Shown here piece by piece: positions 1 through 14,584 of a DNA stretch of 64,000 bases. Position 1 is the first letter of the stretch; each line of letters opens with the position of its first letter. The notes under the pieces are model-generated. The model searched no databases, was not told the origin of the DNA, and worked only from the letters and a program-made list of their open reading frames with translations. The translations under genes and the position numbers were made by a program. The stretch comes from Chiloscyllium plagiosum (Eukaryota): contig NC_057718.1 in assembly GCF_004010195.1 (NCBI RefSeq), positions 19,978,351 to 20,042,350 on the forward strand. Direction: 5' to 3'.

Positions 1-21
1 CTGCTCAAAACATTTACTCAC

Positions 22-189
22 CTGGTAAAAGTTTGTGGTACAGATGGAACACAGGAACACTAATTGTTTTGTTAGCAGATTCTGTAGATGAGGAAGTAGT
101 TGCCAATTTATCAGTCATCACTCTTCCTCTCCTGGATGGCGGCCTTGGGGGTGTAGATGAAACAGCTCTCTTCGATTGGGACTTCAGAC
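22..189 (-). CDS. BIRC6: BIRC6 exon (GLKSQSKRAVSSTPPRPPSRRGR...HKLLP)
   Basis: tatcag| acceptor, |gtgagt donor, 168 nt. Confidence 0.93.
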
Positions 190-1509
190 CTGATAAAGCA
201 TGGTAGAGTAAGCCCAATGAGAAACACTCAAAAGAAACATCAGGAATCCCATGTATAGTAAGAAATTGGTATTCATAAAACTTGCTTCAAAATTGAAAAA
301 TTTGAAGTTAATGAGATGGCAAGCTTATACTTATCAGCATACAAAAAAAGTCAGAAGCATAATACTTGCTATGTCTCTTTCATGGAGGATTTTCAAAAAT
401 TAATGCAATGACCAAATTAAGATCTGATCTGTTTAGATGATGCGTTTAGCAGAGTCACTCATCGATACTTTATTCTTAACAGTGTCATAGAACAACCTAC
501 TGGAGAGGACACACATTTATATATCTATAAGTAATTGATGATGCTATGCCTCCCAATTTAAATAAAGGATTGCTTTTGGTTGGGGGGGTTGAGCAGCGGG
601 CAGAAAATCAAAGTTTAATGGAGCTAAGTCCTGAAACAAAATTTATTATGGTATTTATTTAAGTATCAAGTAGTCAATTTTAAGCCACCCTCCAAAGTAC
701 TGTTCATTATTACTCTAATACCCTCCGATGAGCAGGAAGCAGAAAGTTTAACTCAGGATCTTTTAAAATATTGCTAACATACTATGTTGTAGGCAAGAAA
801 AATTCCTGGGAATTCAACTATGTAAATGAAAAGAGGAAATGCTGGAGAAACTCAGCAAGTCTGGTAGCATCTATGGAGAGAGAAACAGTTAATATTTCAA
901 GTCCGATGTGGCTCTCCAGAAATGTCAAATATTGTAAGGCTTGCTGAGTTCTCCGGCATTTTTTCTTTTGCTTTCAGATTTCCAGCATCAACAGTATTTT
1001 GATTTTACATACACAAAAAATATTGCTTGTACTGACTGCGAACATCATGAAAACATTGTAGGCGAAATATATTCTGGAAGTCTCAACCTAATTCTTAGTG
1101 GGCATGATGAAGGAGCATAAAACTATTCATACAGCATAAATTAATATTACCAAATCAGACAGCTCCACTATGGTTGTTATACAAAAGGATTTATAAAAAA
1201 GACAAGGGAATAGGCAAGGTTACATTAATCTCTAACCATTCCTGCATCAACGAAAGACAAAGTTTTCCAGGAGAGGATAGGGAATATTGCTCCACACCTA
1301 AATATAATGCACTTGGCACTGCAAATCTAAAACAGTAAAGTGCTCCAACCCCCAGCATCTACTTTCCTCAGCTTAGTGAGGACAATTTCATTTAAAAAAA
1401 GGTGGGAGGACTATAGAGCAGTGATGTAATCCATACCTCACCAAACCTCAGCGGTTCTCAAGCAAGGTGGCCAGAGATCTCAACGTTGGAAGCATTGGAA
1501 CGGTGAAGA

Positions 1510-2330
1510 GGATAGTGATAATCTTCAAGACACAGACAGACAGTCTGGTCAAATGAGAAAGGTAAAACTTTAATGCAGAGAAATGTAGAAGTGACTGATC
1601 TAAATATCAAGATCAAGGGTAAACGTTTAAAAAGGGTGCAGGAAAAAGATACCTGTGTATAAGTCAGTGAAGGTGACAAGCAGGTTGGGAAAGTGATAAT
1701 AAGGGATCCTGGACTGAATGATTAATGTCAGAATTCAAAAGCAAGGAAGCCCTAGTAAACCTGTACAAGACATGGGTTGGGCCACAAGTGGTACAGTGTG
1801 TCCAGCTTTTGCCACTTCACTTTAGGGAGCATGTGAAGGTTTTGGACAGAGTGCAGAAAAGACTTCATAAAAATGGCTTCTGGAATGAGGGACTTCAGTT
1901 ATGTGGACAAATTGGAGAAGCGGAGGATTTTTCTTCGGAGGAGAAATTAAACAATTTTATAGAGGTGTTCAAAACATGGGGTCTGGGCAGAGGAGATAGG
2001 GAGAAATTGTTACCAATGACAGAAGGACAAATCACCAGACGGCATTCAACATTGTAGTAACTGGCAAAAGAAGCAACAGCATTATGAGAAAATCCTAAAA
2101 AAAAAATCCAAGTGGTTAGAATCTGCAGTGCATTCATGACTGAGTGTAGTCAAAGCAATTGCAATTCTTGCTTCAAAAACAAGACTGGCAATTATTTTGA
2201 GAGAAAATTATTTCCATTCCATGGGGAAAGAGCAGAGCTGAAATAGGGGAGTTGCTCGTTCAGAGAGCCAGTACAGACATGATGGGCCAAGTAGCCTCCT
2301 TTTGCACAATAAGCATTCTTGTTGTCTAAT
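1510..2330 (+). mobile_element. Old CR1 LINE 3' fragment
   Basis: LVNLYKTWVGPQVVQCVQ..LDRVQKR. Similar decayed CR1 pieces lie at about 4060-4470, 6050-6560, 11250-12070, 15670-16000, 35480-35880, 38000-38680, 39125-39480, 44880-45700 and 50470-51390. Confidence 0.75.
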
Positions 2331-2845
2331 TGCAACTGAAACTCAAACATCCATGGCATTGTTAATCATACAATAATCAATCCAAAGAAAATTAACTGCA
2401 GGATAACTGTACTAATCACTTTGGCAATTTTACTCTTTAAAATGCCCCCCCTCCCATGACAGAACAGAGATCTTTGAGCCTCAGTATATTCCAGCAACAC
2501 CAAAACTGTACATCAGTCCACATTAACATATGTTTAAGCAGCATTGTCCACTATGTTTTAAATGAATTATAATATTGTATCTCTGATGTATTCTTTTTTG
2601 ACAGTTTTTAATTAAACTATTAGAACAAAAAGGTTCGAAAAATAATCTATTTATTCTGGCACAAACAATTATTTCACAGTGCATTGGCAATTAACTTAAA
2701 TATTCTGTATTCCGAAGTCAACCGAAAGGAACTAAATCTTTTACTTATAGTTAAGTGGAGAAGTTGACATTAGTTGAAGGGAGTTTAAATTACCAAAAAA
2801 GTGAAGTAGCATACACTAAACAGTTGTATCATAAACATTCATTAC

Positions 2846-2977
2846 CTGAGGCAACAACAACACTGTAGTTGTCTTGGAAGCCATTGTCACTCTTCAACTT
2901 GTCTTTTTCCTCTTGGTTCTTTTTCTCCTTTTCTTCTTTTTGCTCACTGATTAACTTCGCAGTGATACTTGGTGTAT
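2846..2977 (-). CDS. BIRC6: BIRC6 exon (DTPSITAKLISEQKEE...SVVVAS)
   Basis: cattag| acceptor, |gtaatg donor, 132 nt. Confidence 0.93.
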
Positions 2978-3697
2978 CTAATGTGCAAAAGTACATAGGG
3001 TGAAAATACATCCACATTAATGGTTAGCATGCTAAACACAAGTTTAAAATATTCTGCCATTTCAGTTTCTCATAAGCATGGCTTCCCCTCATAGCCAAAC
3101 AGACTTGAGTTATTGAACAATGCCTAATACTTGTCTGCAAGCACAGCAGTTTACTACCAACTTAAATTGATAACATCCTTCTTTCCTGGTTGAGTCACAA
3201 CACCCATGCATCATATACTAACTGTTTATGCATTAGTTTATTCCTCAACAAAGCATGTTTTGAAGGAAATGATAAATAACTGTTTATTAAACGTCTTGTA
3301 GAAAGGGTAATTTATCAAATAAATATTAACAAACTATAAATAATATTTACTGTGAGTTACAGCACCCATTAAAATTATTGAATTAATATATCCTTAAATC
3401 ATTTTCCATTAAATGCCAATTAGAGATTAATTCTTTTGCCATTCCCTAGTATAATTTTAAGTAACATTAGACAACATTAAAGGTGTTAACCTAACACTTC
3501 AAATTTAAAACAAACAAGGTTTCTCAAGTTCTGAAGTACAGTCAGAATGGACTCGAAACATTAACTGTTACTCTCTCCATTGACACTTCCAGACCTTAGT
3601 GAGTTGCTCCAGTGTTCAGTATTGTGTTTTATGCTTAAGCTTTCAATTGGTAACTAAATAATAGATATTTCCAAATAATATTGTCGTATTTAACATC

Positions 3698-4045
3698 ATG
3701 GTACAGTGGCTTGGTGGTTAGCACTGCTGCCTCACAGCGCCCAGGGACACAGGTTCGATTCCAGCCTTGGGTGATTATCTGTCTGAAGTTTGCATTTCTC
3801 CCTGTAGCTGCTTGGGTTTTCACTGGGTAATCCAGTTTCCTCCCACAGTCCAAAGACATGCAGGTGGGATGGACTGGCTATGCTGAATTGCCCTCCAGTG
3901 TTCAGGGATGTGCAGGCTAGGTGGATTTGCCATGGTAGGATTACAGGGATCGAGAGGGGTGGTGGCTGGGTCTGGGTGGGATGCTCTTCAGGTCGGTGCA
4001 GACTCGATGGGTCAAATGGCATCTTTCCACACTGTAAGCATTCTA
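3698..4045 (+). mobile_element. tRNA-derived SINE (HE1-like)
   Basis: A box TGGCTTGGTGG, B box GGTTCGATTCC, LINE-like 3' tail. Confidence 0.85.
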
Positions 4046-5104
4046 GGATTAATTTGGATTTGGATGCAGGCTATACAATTAATAATTTTGAAGATACAAA
4101 AATTGACCAACTGATTGATGATAAACAAGAAAACTATACATTGTTGGAAGTTACCAAAAACAGGTCAGATGGCAGACAAAAGGTAAATGGGAGTTCAGAG
4201 AACTGAAATGTAATACATTAGAGGAAGCCTACCACGCTAAGAGGTACATAATAAATGGGCAGATTCAGAGAAGTCTGGAGGGGCCTTGGAGTGCATGTCC
4301 TGGAACCTTGGAGGTAGCTGGAGAGGTAGATCAGATGGACAAGATTACATATGAGATGCTTGCTTTCATTAGCCAAGGAATAGAATGTAAGAGCTCAGAT
4401 GGGAGATTTTGCTACGAACAACGTAAAATATCAGTTAGGCACGAATGGAGTATTGTATGCAATTCAGGAATGTAAAAAATAGGCAAGATTTTACAGTAAT
4501 AAAAAGTCTTCCTTCTGTGCTAAACATTTCAATCAAAGGGTTCAGCAACTTTTATTTTCTTAAGAAAAACATTTAAAACCAGGTTGAACGTACTTAAATG
4601 AAAATTATTGTAATGTCACTTAACCCATGCACCTATCACATCATTAAAAATCAAATGAATTGCATTTAATCCACTCAAATATTTAGTCTTTAATAACTTT
4701 TAATTCAGCAGTGAACCACAAGCACACATGCATATTACAGAAATAATCCTAAATTTTGGGTACTATGTACGAAGAATATCAAGGTTGGTCCATCATGAGG
4801 AAATCATTCCAGTTTAACTTTATTCTTCTATTTTAATTTCACAAAAATGTTTGCAATAATCCTGGAACTTTCCATCTGTTTTAGGACCTGAAATGCCACA
4901 GGTAATTATGCACAAATTCCCATCATGGTGTGTCAAAGTTGCTGTAACATGTACACAAAATTAATTAAAATTCTGATGGAAAGGGTTTCTGAGAGATTAT
5001 ACATATCAAAAACGCAGATTCAATCCTTCAGGCACTGTCTAAGGCGAGGTCACAGTGCTTTAGTTGAAACCAATCAGATATGAAATAAGGCTTAAAAGTT
5101 CTAC

Positions 5105-5234
5105 CTGATACACGATCCAAAACTTCAGCCAAAGTGGTTGAAATTGGCAAATGAAGGGTGCGATATTTATGTCCGGCTCCATACATGGGATGTTGAATGA
5201 CATGGCTAGTAGCGTTAATTCTGCCTTTATAAAG
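5105..5234 (-). CDS. BIRC6: BIRC6 exon (LYKGRINATSHVIQHPMYGAGHK...LDRVS)
   Basis: cttcag| acceptor, |gtagaa donor, 130 nt. Confidence 0.93.
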
Positions 5235-8200
5235 CTGAAGGAGAAAAAAATGAATTGATAAACAACAATGATTCAATCCCAAAGCAGAAATTAATAAGGG
5301 CACAGTGTAATGTTAAAAGATTAAATTGTACTCTCTCTCTCTGGATATTAATGTAATATTAAAAAGTTAAACTACACGGTCTTTGTGTGGGGACAACATT
5401 CATGCAGGAATGCAAATGACTCCCCACTCCAATTAGACATCATTTGCTGCTACTATCCTGTCATTCAGCCCCTTCCACTCAGAAATGCTTTCTAGCCATC
5501 TCCTGAAGCTAGGGAAATGCCTACATTGTCTTGTGGAATCACTGAATCAGGAAATCATCTGCATAACGATTCTTCAGGATTAGGGCATTTACAGTTGCAT
5601 TATCTTCAAGGATGATCTCATCCTACCATTGTACCTGGGATAACATGTGACTGTTAGTGACGGGGGTTTGCCTTGAGTGGTATGTGACTGTGGGGGGGAG
5701 TGGCCAGAGTATCTATGAGCATTACCAACTGACCTATATAAAGGGGTTGTGTTTTCTTTGTTCAGGGCCTCATTTTGATTCAACTTTGCACGCCTGCGAA
5801 GTGTGCCAAAGGGGGTCAGCTAGCTTCTACAGGCTTTACTAAACTTAAACTGTTTGCAGAAGTTGGTATATGAATTGCATCTTGTGTGTGAAATCTCAGG
5901 AAAAGAACCTAAAATTTGGGATAGAAATTTTGTGCTGTGAAGAGAAATACAAAATTTTAATCTGGAAACTAGTCTGGGTCAGTGCTTATCATCCATACAA
6001 GGAAATTTAGATTCTGTTATTTTCAATTATGTTGATCCATCTGAGTCAGAGTTATTAACAGCACAGGAGACTATTCAGTTCATTGAGTTCATGCCAGCTC
6101 TCTACAGAGAAATCCAGTCTCAGTCCTCTACTCAGCCACTATGGCAGTACAAGTTTATTTCAAGAGCCCACATAATTACCATTTAAAACCATTGTTTCCA
6201 CTTCATGATCAAGGGTAGTAATTCCAACTCATTACTAATCATGTGTTAAAATGGTTTTCTTCATGTTCCCCTGCATCTCTTATTCAAAATCTTATATCAG
6301 CATTCCCCTAGCTTTTGTACCAACCAATCTCGTCATCTCCATCAACTCTATTCCTCAACTGCCTTTACTCCAAGGACAATAACTCAGACTTTCCAAACTA
6401 ACCTTGTAACTAGAAAATCCTTGCCCGGGAATCATTCTGGCAAATGATTTTAACATCTTTCCTAACATGAGGTGACCAAAACTGGACAGAATACTCTAGT
6501 TGGAACCTAACCAACATTTTATGTAGGTTCAGTACGACTTCACTTCTGTGTACTAAATTCCCTTTACTCACATACAAGCATGCCTAATTTACATTTTGTT
6601 AACCAAATAAAACCTATACGATGATGTGGAGCCTCTTTAAATGGTGACATACATAATATTTACAAAATGAAAAAAAATTAGGTGCATGCAGATTCCTGTC
6701 TTAAAGGCAATTTATGATCCTGTAATTTCAATTAATTATGTCTGGCATTATGTTTTTTAAAACTATTTAGCTAGCTATCCAATCTGATAAAGAACATTAA
6801 TAGTTTTAGAATCAATAGATCCCCTATCCTTCATTTACCATTTTCGCAACTAGCCTGGTCATCTTTAATGATCTATGCACAAATAAACCCTCCCAGCAAC
6901 AGACCGTTGCACCAGTTGGTTTATACTGTGTGTCCGTATTCTCCCCACTTCAAAATTTTATACATTAAATTTAATCTCTTATGTACATTCCATCAACCTA
7001 TGCCTTCTTGAAGTCTACCACTATCATGCACACAATTCAATCATTCTTACACATTTGTGTAATCTGCAAATTTTGAATATACACTCCCTTTCAATTGTAA
7101 TTTTATGGTCAGCGCATCTGCAATTCTTTACTTTTCTCAACATCCTTGGGTGCATTCCATTTGGTCCTGGTTTTTGTCAACTTTAAATAAAGCCAGCCTT
7201 TTAATTTCTCCTCTTTCACAAACCAGTACTGCCATTACCTCAGATCATCCATGATCAGAAGAGGCTCAAGCACAGTCGCCTAGTCCCCTTAGTTCTTTTC
7301 AGTCATTCCTTCAGTATGATTTTGGTAACATCATCTTCCTTACAGTCTCCTTCTTTACATTAAGTACAGTTGCCTCAAATCACTGATCTCGACACCTGAA
7401 AGTGAGCTCCACATTCTCTGAACAGCATGCAAACAAGTTTCTCCTGTTTCTATTCTAATTCTCATATTTAATTTCACATCAATGCCCCCCTCATTCTATA
7501 TGCTGCTAGAGACAGTCAGTTGCTATCTACTATAGCTCAACACTTCATTTTAAAACACGTAGATTTTATTGCCCTGTAACACAAGCCATAACTTCACAAA
7601 CTTATTTCATATTTGCATGCAAAATTGTAAAAAGGGTTTTACAGTTTTTAAACTCAAAACTATATGGTGAACAACAATTGCTGAGCATTTTTCTTTGTTA
7701 ACAATTTGCTCAAAGATGTGAAGGTACATTTCCAACAGATATATCTGTTTTGAAACAAGGCTGCAGAATTGAGAGAAATAGGATGCTATTCATTTGAGGT
7801 TTGTATATGAAACCTTGGTACATTTGTTTCTAAAATCACCACGTTCAAAGATTTCATATTAGTCAGTTCAACAGATACAGTTAAAAACTGCCATCTAGTG
7901 GATGCATCCCGACTTTGTAATCCAGAAAATAGATTATGTTCACCTGCAATGTGGATTGCTGGTTTAATCTGACTGAAGACAACAAATTCTACTTCTATTA
8001 CACGAGATTTTTTATTTACATTTTAAGAATCACATTATACAATCACAATTCATTTTTTCATTAGGATCAGTAAGCCACAGATTGTCCAGAATATCTAAAA
8101 AATCTTCCATCCCCATGACCTCTCCTACAAGGGCAGCAAATGACACAATCACCTCCAAGTTTCCCTCCAAGCTACGCACATCCTGACTTGGAACTGATAC

Positions 8201-9133
8201 AGGTGTCCTTACACCCCAATGACAAAGAAGGCAGCTCACCGTCAATGCAGTTAACGGCATAGTCAATAAAAACTGGTCTAGCCAATGATGTTCATATTCC
8301 ATGAAGAAATTTTTTTAAATCCTGCCTTTCTAATAATTAAAAACACTAATTCATGGCACACATTGCTTGGATTCCAAGATGCTTTATTGAATACTATGAA
8401 GTCCACAGACAGCAATTTCTAGTTGATTAGATACATTGTACTTGGATTTCTCTCATGTATAAGTTAGCCTAAGATTTCTTATTAGCTCCAATTCTGCACA
8501 TAAAGCATGCTATTTTAGAACCATGGAAGTCATATAGTAAATAGAAAACCAATACCTAAACTAAATGGAGTAGCCTATTTTTAAACTGTACTTGTGAATA
8601 CTACAATGTAAATTATAAAAGACAATTCTGGAAAGAATTAAAATCCTTTCTTAAAAATCAAAAACAAATCACTTCTGTTTGGATATATCCTCAAACCAGC
8701 CCATATCCCTTTGTGGAAAATAAAATGAGAAGACTTGTAACTGCGTTACAAGTCTTCACTTTCCAAATTCAGCAAAAGAATACTGAAGCTATAGTGCACA
8801 TTACAAACACAGGTTTATGACCAGTTTTAAAAAGTGTCACTTGATATATCATACTAAAGTCGTGACAGCCACACTCAATAGATTAAGATGTACATTTGCA
8901 TGGAATATCTTTTGCGATATATTCATATGTACATGGGGCACTGGGATTGCTAGTTACTGCCACATAATGGGCTCAGGCCTCCTCTTCTCATTCTAAATAA
9001 TATTTCCATTTCATAAAGTGTAAAGTATACATTTGAACACAAATTAATATTAAGAAATTATCACCTTGATCCTTTGTTCCAAACTGAACTCAGGACATCT
9101 TTAACTCTGTTCACAACATCAATCAGTACTTAC

Positions 9134-9277
9134 TGGGCAAGGAGAATGAAGAAACACAGTCACTTTCTCATCTTCAAGCATTAGCTGCAGGAAAAGCCTC
9201 CTAATAAAGCCAGAAATATTTCCAGATGTTGGGACATTTGGTCGCTGAGGTGTTGATTGAAATAATTCACAGAGAAC
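9134..9277 (-). CDS. BIRC6: BIRC6 exon (VLCELFQSTPQR...FLHSPCP)
   Basis: tttcag| acceptor, |gtaagt donor, 144 nt. Confidence 0.93.
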
Positions 9278-10028
9278 CTGAAAGTATTTAAATTTTAAAA
9301 TAAATTTCACTTGTTATTTATTGTTTAATAAGAATCTGACAATGTTTTTACCAACTACTTCAACTCAACTCAGCAAAATACTAAAATCCCATTATTTCTA
9401 ACTTGTTTCTTTAAAGCAAGCTGTGTTTATAAATAATAAAATAAATAAAAGTAATCTTATTAGAAATTCAATGCTTTTCAATAACTACACCATGGTTTAA
9501 AGTTCTACTCAGGATGAGTGAGCAGCGCTCATAAAACTAAACAAAGGTCGACAGTCGAAGGGCTTCTTCAGTAGCTTAGAAGGCAAGTACAGCATATGCA
9601 GTTGGACATTTCACGGAGATAGACAAGCCTAAATACTTCCCTTCACCTTAATTCTCACATACTCTGTTGAAAATTCCATCCAGCATCCCTTGCTGGAAAA
9701 TACATGCACGGACAACAAGTAAATCGAGGAAGGAGCTTACTTTGAACCATCCCATACATTTTAAAAGATGGAATGATGATTCAAGTTGCAGAGATGCCAG
9801 AATTTGTCACTAGTGTGCATCAACATGTCCAACGCAAGAAAGGAGAAAAATAAGTTCTTCTTTCGAGAAAAAAAATGACCAAGTACGCAACTAATTACAT
9901 TTATGCATATTTTCGCAATGACTTGGGTTAAAACGTTAGTCTATATACAACCCTAATTCAGTCATTGGATACAGGCACTCAATCAGAAACACTGAAGTGA
10001 GGTTTACAGAATAGTTCGTTGTTATTAC

Positions 10029-10821
10029 CTGAGCCATTAATTTTTGATTGTTTGGATGACAAGAAATGCACTGCAAGAAGAATGCCACGGTGGAATTTTC
10101 AATTGCTGTTCTCTGTTGAGTGGTCAGTCCTACTCCTGCAGGTGAAGAAGCAGAAGGAAGGTATCTTGATCCAATGTGCTGGGACCCATTGTGGTGGTGG
10201 TGTCCGGGGCTGATACTACTGGAATGGCACAGCAAGAACAACAGAGCAGTCCACAGGGGGTTTACTTCAGGTCCCCCTAACCAATCCTTCATGGTGTGGC
10301 TGCTACCTACTTCAGTTAGAAACCGCAGAACAGGAGCCACCAGATCTGCTGTGAGGGGGACCTTGCTGAGTACACGCTGCTGGGAATGATGCCATTTGTT
10401 TCTGTCTGTGGCAACCTCTGCATAAGGCACTGCACAGTCCAAACTGGAAATATGATTGAAGCAAAAACTGATTAGGCTCTTGACAAGCATTGAAGGTAGG
10501 CTTGACTCTAGGAGCTGCTTGATAGCTTCTGGAGATTGGGTTGCTGCAGCAAGAGTAGCAAGGTGAGATTCATTGAGCACAATGGGTGCTTGTGCATTTT
10601 TGGAGTCATCCGTTAAGCCAGAATCCATGTCCTCTTTCTTGCTGTCATCTGTCATTGATAGTCTGTGTTGCATTTGTAGAGAAGGTAGAGTGATGCCCAT
10701 CCAACCCATTAGCAAAGAAAAGTAGCTGGGATGAATGTGACACATGGAACACAGCAAACTGTCTACAGCTTTCTTCAGAACCATGTTGCAAGGAAGTGAC
10801 ATGGACCAGTTAAACAGCAAC
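10029..10821 (-). CDS. BIRC6: BIRC6 exon (LLFNWSMSLPCNMVLKK...NNQKLMAQ)
   Basis: tttcag| acceptor, |gtaata donor, 793 nt, ORF 9936..10820. Confidence 0.96.
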
Positions 10822-12422
10822 CTGAAAAGATAAGAAACACATGACCAGAGAGAACATTTTACTTAATCTGTGCTTCAAATAGATGATCTCTGATTTTTAA
10901 ACAGTGACCCCCTAGTTCTAGATTTTCCCATGAGAAAGCATCCCCTCTACAATGACCTTGGGGTCTTGGAAGTTTCAAAAGATAGCAAGATAGCAAAATG
11001 CAGAAACATAGCTATACATTGAACAATACGATAGCGTTCAAGAAACTGGATAATCTCAGTAAAAGGCTGTCTAATGTATTACAGCATTGCAAAAATCTTC
11101 AAAGGAAGATATCTTAATTTGACAGGATTCCATCCCATCTTCCCCAATCAATGCAAACCCCTCTTGCCAGTGAAATACTCCAAAGACATGTCTGGAAGCA
11201 GATAAATAAAAGGTGAAAATGCAACTTTGTTCACTTTGATTGGAGGAATGGAAAAGCAGATTACTTAAACCACAACTGACTGCCAAGTGTTATGGTAAAG
11301 ACATAGTTAGCATGTAGTATAGTAAATAATTAGGAAGCCAAATAGAATCTTGCCACTTATTGCAAGGACAATGGAACAAAATGCTGAAAAGCTCTGCTGC
11401 CAAGTGGACAAGAGATTGGTCAGATTACACCTTCTCCTTACGTAAGGAGGGTTACATACATTCATTGGAGGCAATTCAGAGAAGGTTCATTCAACTGAGT
11501 CCTGGGTGAATGAATTGTCTGATGAGGAAAAGATGAACAAGTTGGTCTTATGTTATTTCGAAGGGGAGGTGCTGTTATTAAAATAGAGGGGAGCTGAAAG
11601 GGCGTTTCTGCTTGTGCTGGAGTCTAAGACAAGTGAACAGAGTGAAAGACTTACATTTATATGACACTTTCCATAACACCTGACATTTCAAACTGCTTCC
11701 TGGCAAATGAAGTACTTTTTGAATGATGGTAACTGTTGTAACGCAGGAAACTGCAGCCAATTAGCATCCAAAAGCAATAACACAAGCATTGGCAACAAAG
11801 TTATCTGAGCAGATAACTTTGTGTTTTGTGCAATGGTGATTGAATCCAAAACCTTGTTACTCAGAGGTGAGGGTGTTACTAACTGAGCTTCAATTGACAT
11901 TGAAGTTTCAAACTAAGGGGTTTCCCATTTAAGATGAAGAGGAGGAGAAATTTCTTCTTGCAGAATTTCGCAATATTCTATCCAGAGAGCCATTGGAAGC
12001 TGGGTCACTTATTATATTCAAGACCTACTATTCCTCTCTGATCAGGAATTTCCTGACTTTCACCTTGTTGTTAGACAGAAGTTTGTCAATGTTACAGGAA
12101 GATGTGTACACAGTCTGCCTAGCCACAATCTTAACTAGAAAATAGTTGAGAGAAAACAAAATAGCAATGCTTTTTGTAGACAACAATGTTGATGACAACT
12201 TCAAGTCTTAAATTTACAGCCACTGTATCTATCAGAAGTTTGCACAGATTAGCAGCATTTTGGGGTCTAAATTTCCAAAGGTTCCTCATTTTAAACTGCT
12301 TATTGAGTAACCTATCAATTAATATAGAATAACTAACATGCAAACAGAAATCAGAGGCCTGAAGCAAGCAATGAAAAGTTAATCTTGAAACAATGAAAAT
12401 ATTTTGTGAGCACTGTACTTAC

Positions 12423-12644
12423 TCAAACAGTTCTCTGTTTAATAAACCTGGAAGATCATACTCAACAGGTAGCTCATAGCTATGCCACAGGACAGCAGCT
12501 ACACAATGTAAGTGGGATGGTGATGGCATAAGAAGGCCATACTCGCGAGTTACATTCTCCGAATTTACAGTGGCCATGTGGTCATTTCTCTTTAGTGCAG
12601 CCACTCCTGCAGAGTCATAAACCCACTTCAGCAAAGCTTGAATC
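12423..12644 (-). CDS. BIRC6: BIRC6 exon (IQALLKWVYDS...LNRELFE)
   Basis: tttcag| acceptor, |gtaagt donor, 222 nt. Confidence 0.94.
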
Positions 12645-13783
12645 CTGAAATAGAAAGGCCTGTGTGTTAGCTCCATGAACAAAAAAAGTTACTTAATAGC
12701 TGTAAACTATAGTACTCAATGACAATGCCCATCAAAATGCTACCCACACATTAGCTCATCAACAAACTCTTCATTGTCCAGTTGGTAGATGCAGTATTAA
12801 CTGCTGAATTCCAATGAAATTCAAACCTGATACTAACCAGTACAATTAGGATATCATTGGCAACAAAGTCATACACAAAGGAAGGGGCGGGGGAAAGAAA
12901 ACAAGCAGGGTCCCCAATCGTTGCGTTCAGAAGGATCAGTGAACCACATCTCCTGGTTAAATTAGTTAATATAAGTCACACAAACAACTATAATCAAGGA
13001 CTGAATGAGAGTTCAATATACAAACATTTAACAACTTAATTGACAGAAACAGGTGGAGCCCAGACAATAATGGCCCACATGGCTCTTCAGATCCCAAAGA
13101 AAGAATATTGTTCCTATCGGATAAATAATTTGAAGCCACCTTTTCGGTGCCTTTACTGCTTGTAAAATCAGACATATTACATTCACTCTGGCCTATTATA
13201 TAACATTAGACCCCTGAGTTGCAGCATGAAAAGGTACATTGCTCTAAAAGAGGTGGGTGTTCCAGCTGTCAAATGAAAGGGCCCTTTGTAAATGGTGGTG
13301 GTTGGAGATCAGGCGTAAACAGGGTACAAAGACATGCAGTCCATATTAGAATCCATCCTACTGTGTTTTCCAATATTTTTCAAACAATTTTTAAAAACTT
13401 CATTTTTGCATGACTTCATGCATAACTTTGCATAAAGTTGCTGATTCAACAGTGAGCACTGAGCCCTGATGATGTCATGAAGATAGTAAACTACATTATT
13501 AGAAACTGTCAGAAAACACAGGATAGGTCATTATGTTATTTTACAAACAGGCACTATAAAATCTCACCTGGAAAATCTGCTGTGGAGTGTTTACATAGCA
13601 GTAAAGTGGTAGTAAAAAGACACATCCACTGCATGGCCATTTTGGCGAGATAAATTATCCTTAACACATTTTGCCTGTTGTAAAAAGGCATGGCTTAGAC
13701 CATTATATATTAAAATTCCCAAAAAGTAATTTATCTGCAGAAAATCAAAAACAGATCTTATCTGTATAACACTGATACATCAC

Positions 13784-13892
13784 CTGTCTTTGGTACCAGG
13801 ATCCTGAGTTGTTCCAAGTTGATAAAGGATATCGATAGTTGAGTCTGAAGATAGACCATTCAGTCGCCCGAAAAGCAAAGGGCTATTTAAAT
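13784..13892 (-). CDS. BIRC6: BIRC6 exon (DLNSPLLFGRLNGLSSDSTIDILYQLG...TKDR)
   Basis: gtctag| acceptor, |gtgatg donor, 109 nt; absent from the ORF track. Confidence 0.92.
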
Positions 13893-14327
13893 CTAGACAA
13901 TCAAAAAAAGATATCACAATCATCAGAGTCACCTTTGGGAGGGTTCACAGGTGGGTCGGGGAAAGGAGCTATTGGGAGAGAAGGAAGAAAGGAAAAATGT
14001 GCATACCCATGGTCTAATTTATATAGTTTTAACAGCAATGGTAACCATTTTAAATTTCTCATCAAACTAAATTAAGAACAGGAATCAGCCATTTTACCTA
14101 TAAAATCTGTGTGTGTTACCTTCCTAACAGGCTGTAAAACCATTCTAGGTTGGTTCTTACAGCAGTTAAGCTAAGGAGGGAGACTTCCAGTTGGCTTAGT
14201 GCCATCTGCTCATCAGTAAACTGTTATCATCTTCCATCATTTAACGTATTATAACTGAATGAGTGAAGGAGATCAAAAACCTGCTTACCCCTACATTTTA
14301 AACAGCTAGGATTAAAATGTTCCTTAC

Positions 14328-14584
14328 CTGTTGGATCAGTGCCTGAAGCAGCACAATTCCTTAAGAGAATATCAATCAGTTTTAGGCCAATTCTGGTTGA
14401 CTGCAGTCCAATCTTAACCAACACAGCTTCAATATTTGGTGAATGCATACCACAATATGGTGACATTAGCAGTGCAGCACAGGTCTGCAACAGGTTAGCA
14501 GTAGGAGCTGCTGCACTGGCCATCATTGCTTCAAGTTCACTGATATGGGTCAAACAGTGGTGAAGAAGTCGCATCCAACCAATA
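14328..14584 (-). CDS. BIRC6: BIRC6 exon (SIGWMRLLHHCLTH...ASGTDPT)
   Basis: tttcag| acceptor, |gtaagg donor, 257 nt. Confidence 0.94.

Noticed and set aside
3698..3775. tRNA gene
   Set aside because: The A/B boxes belong to a SINE head; there is no full cloverleaf and the SINE body follows.
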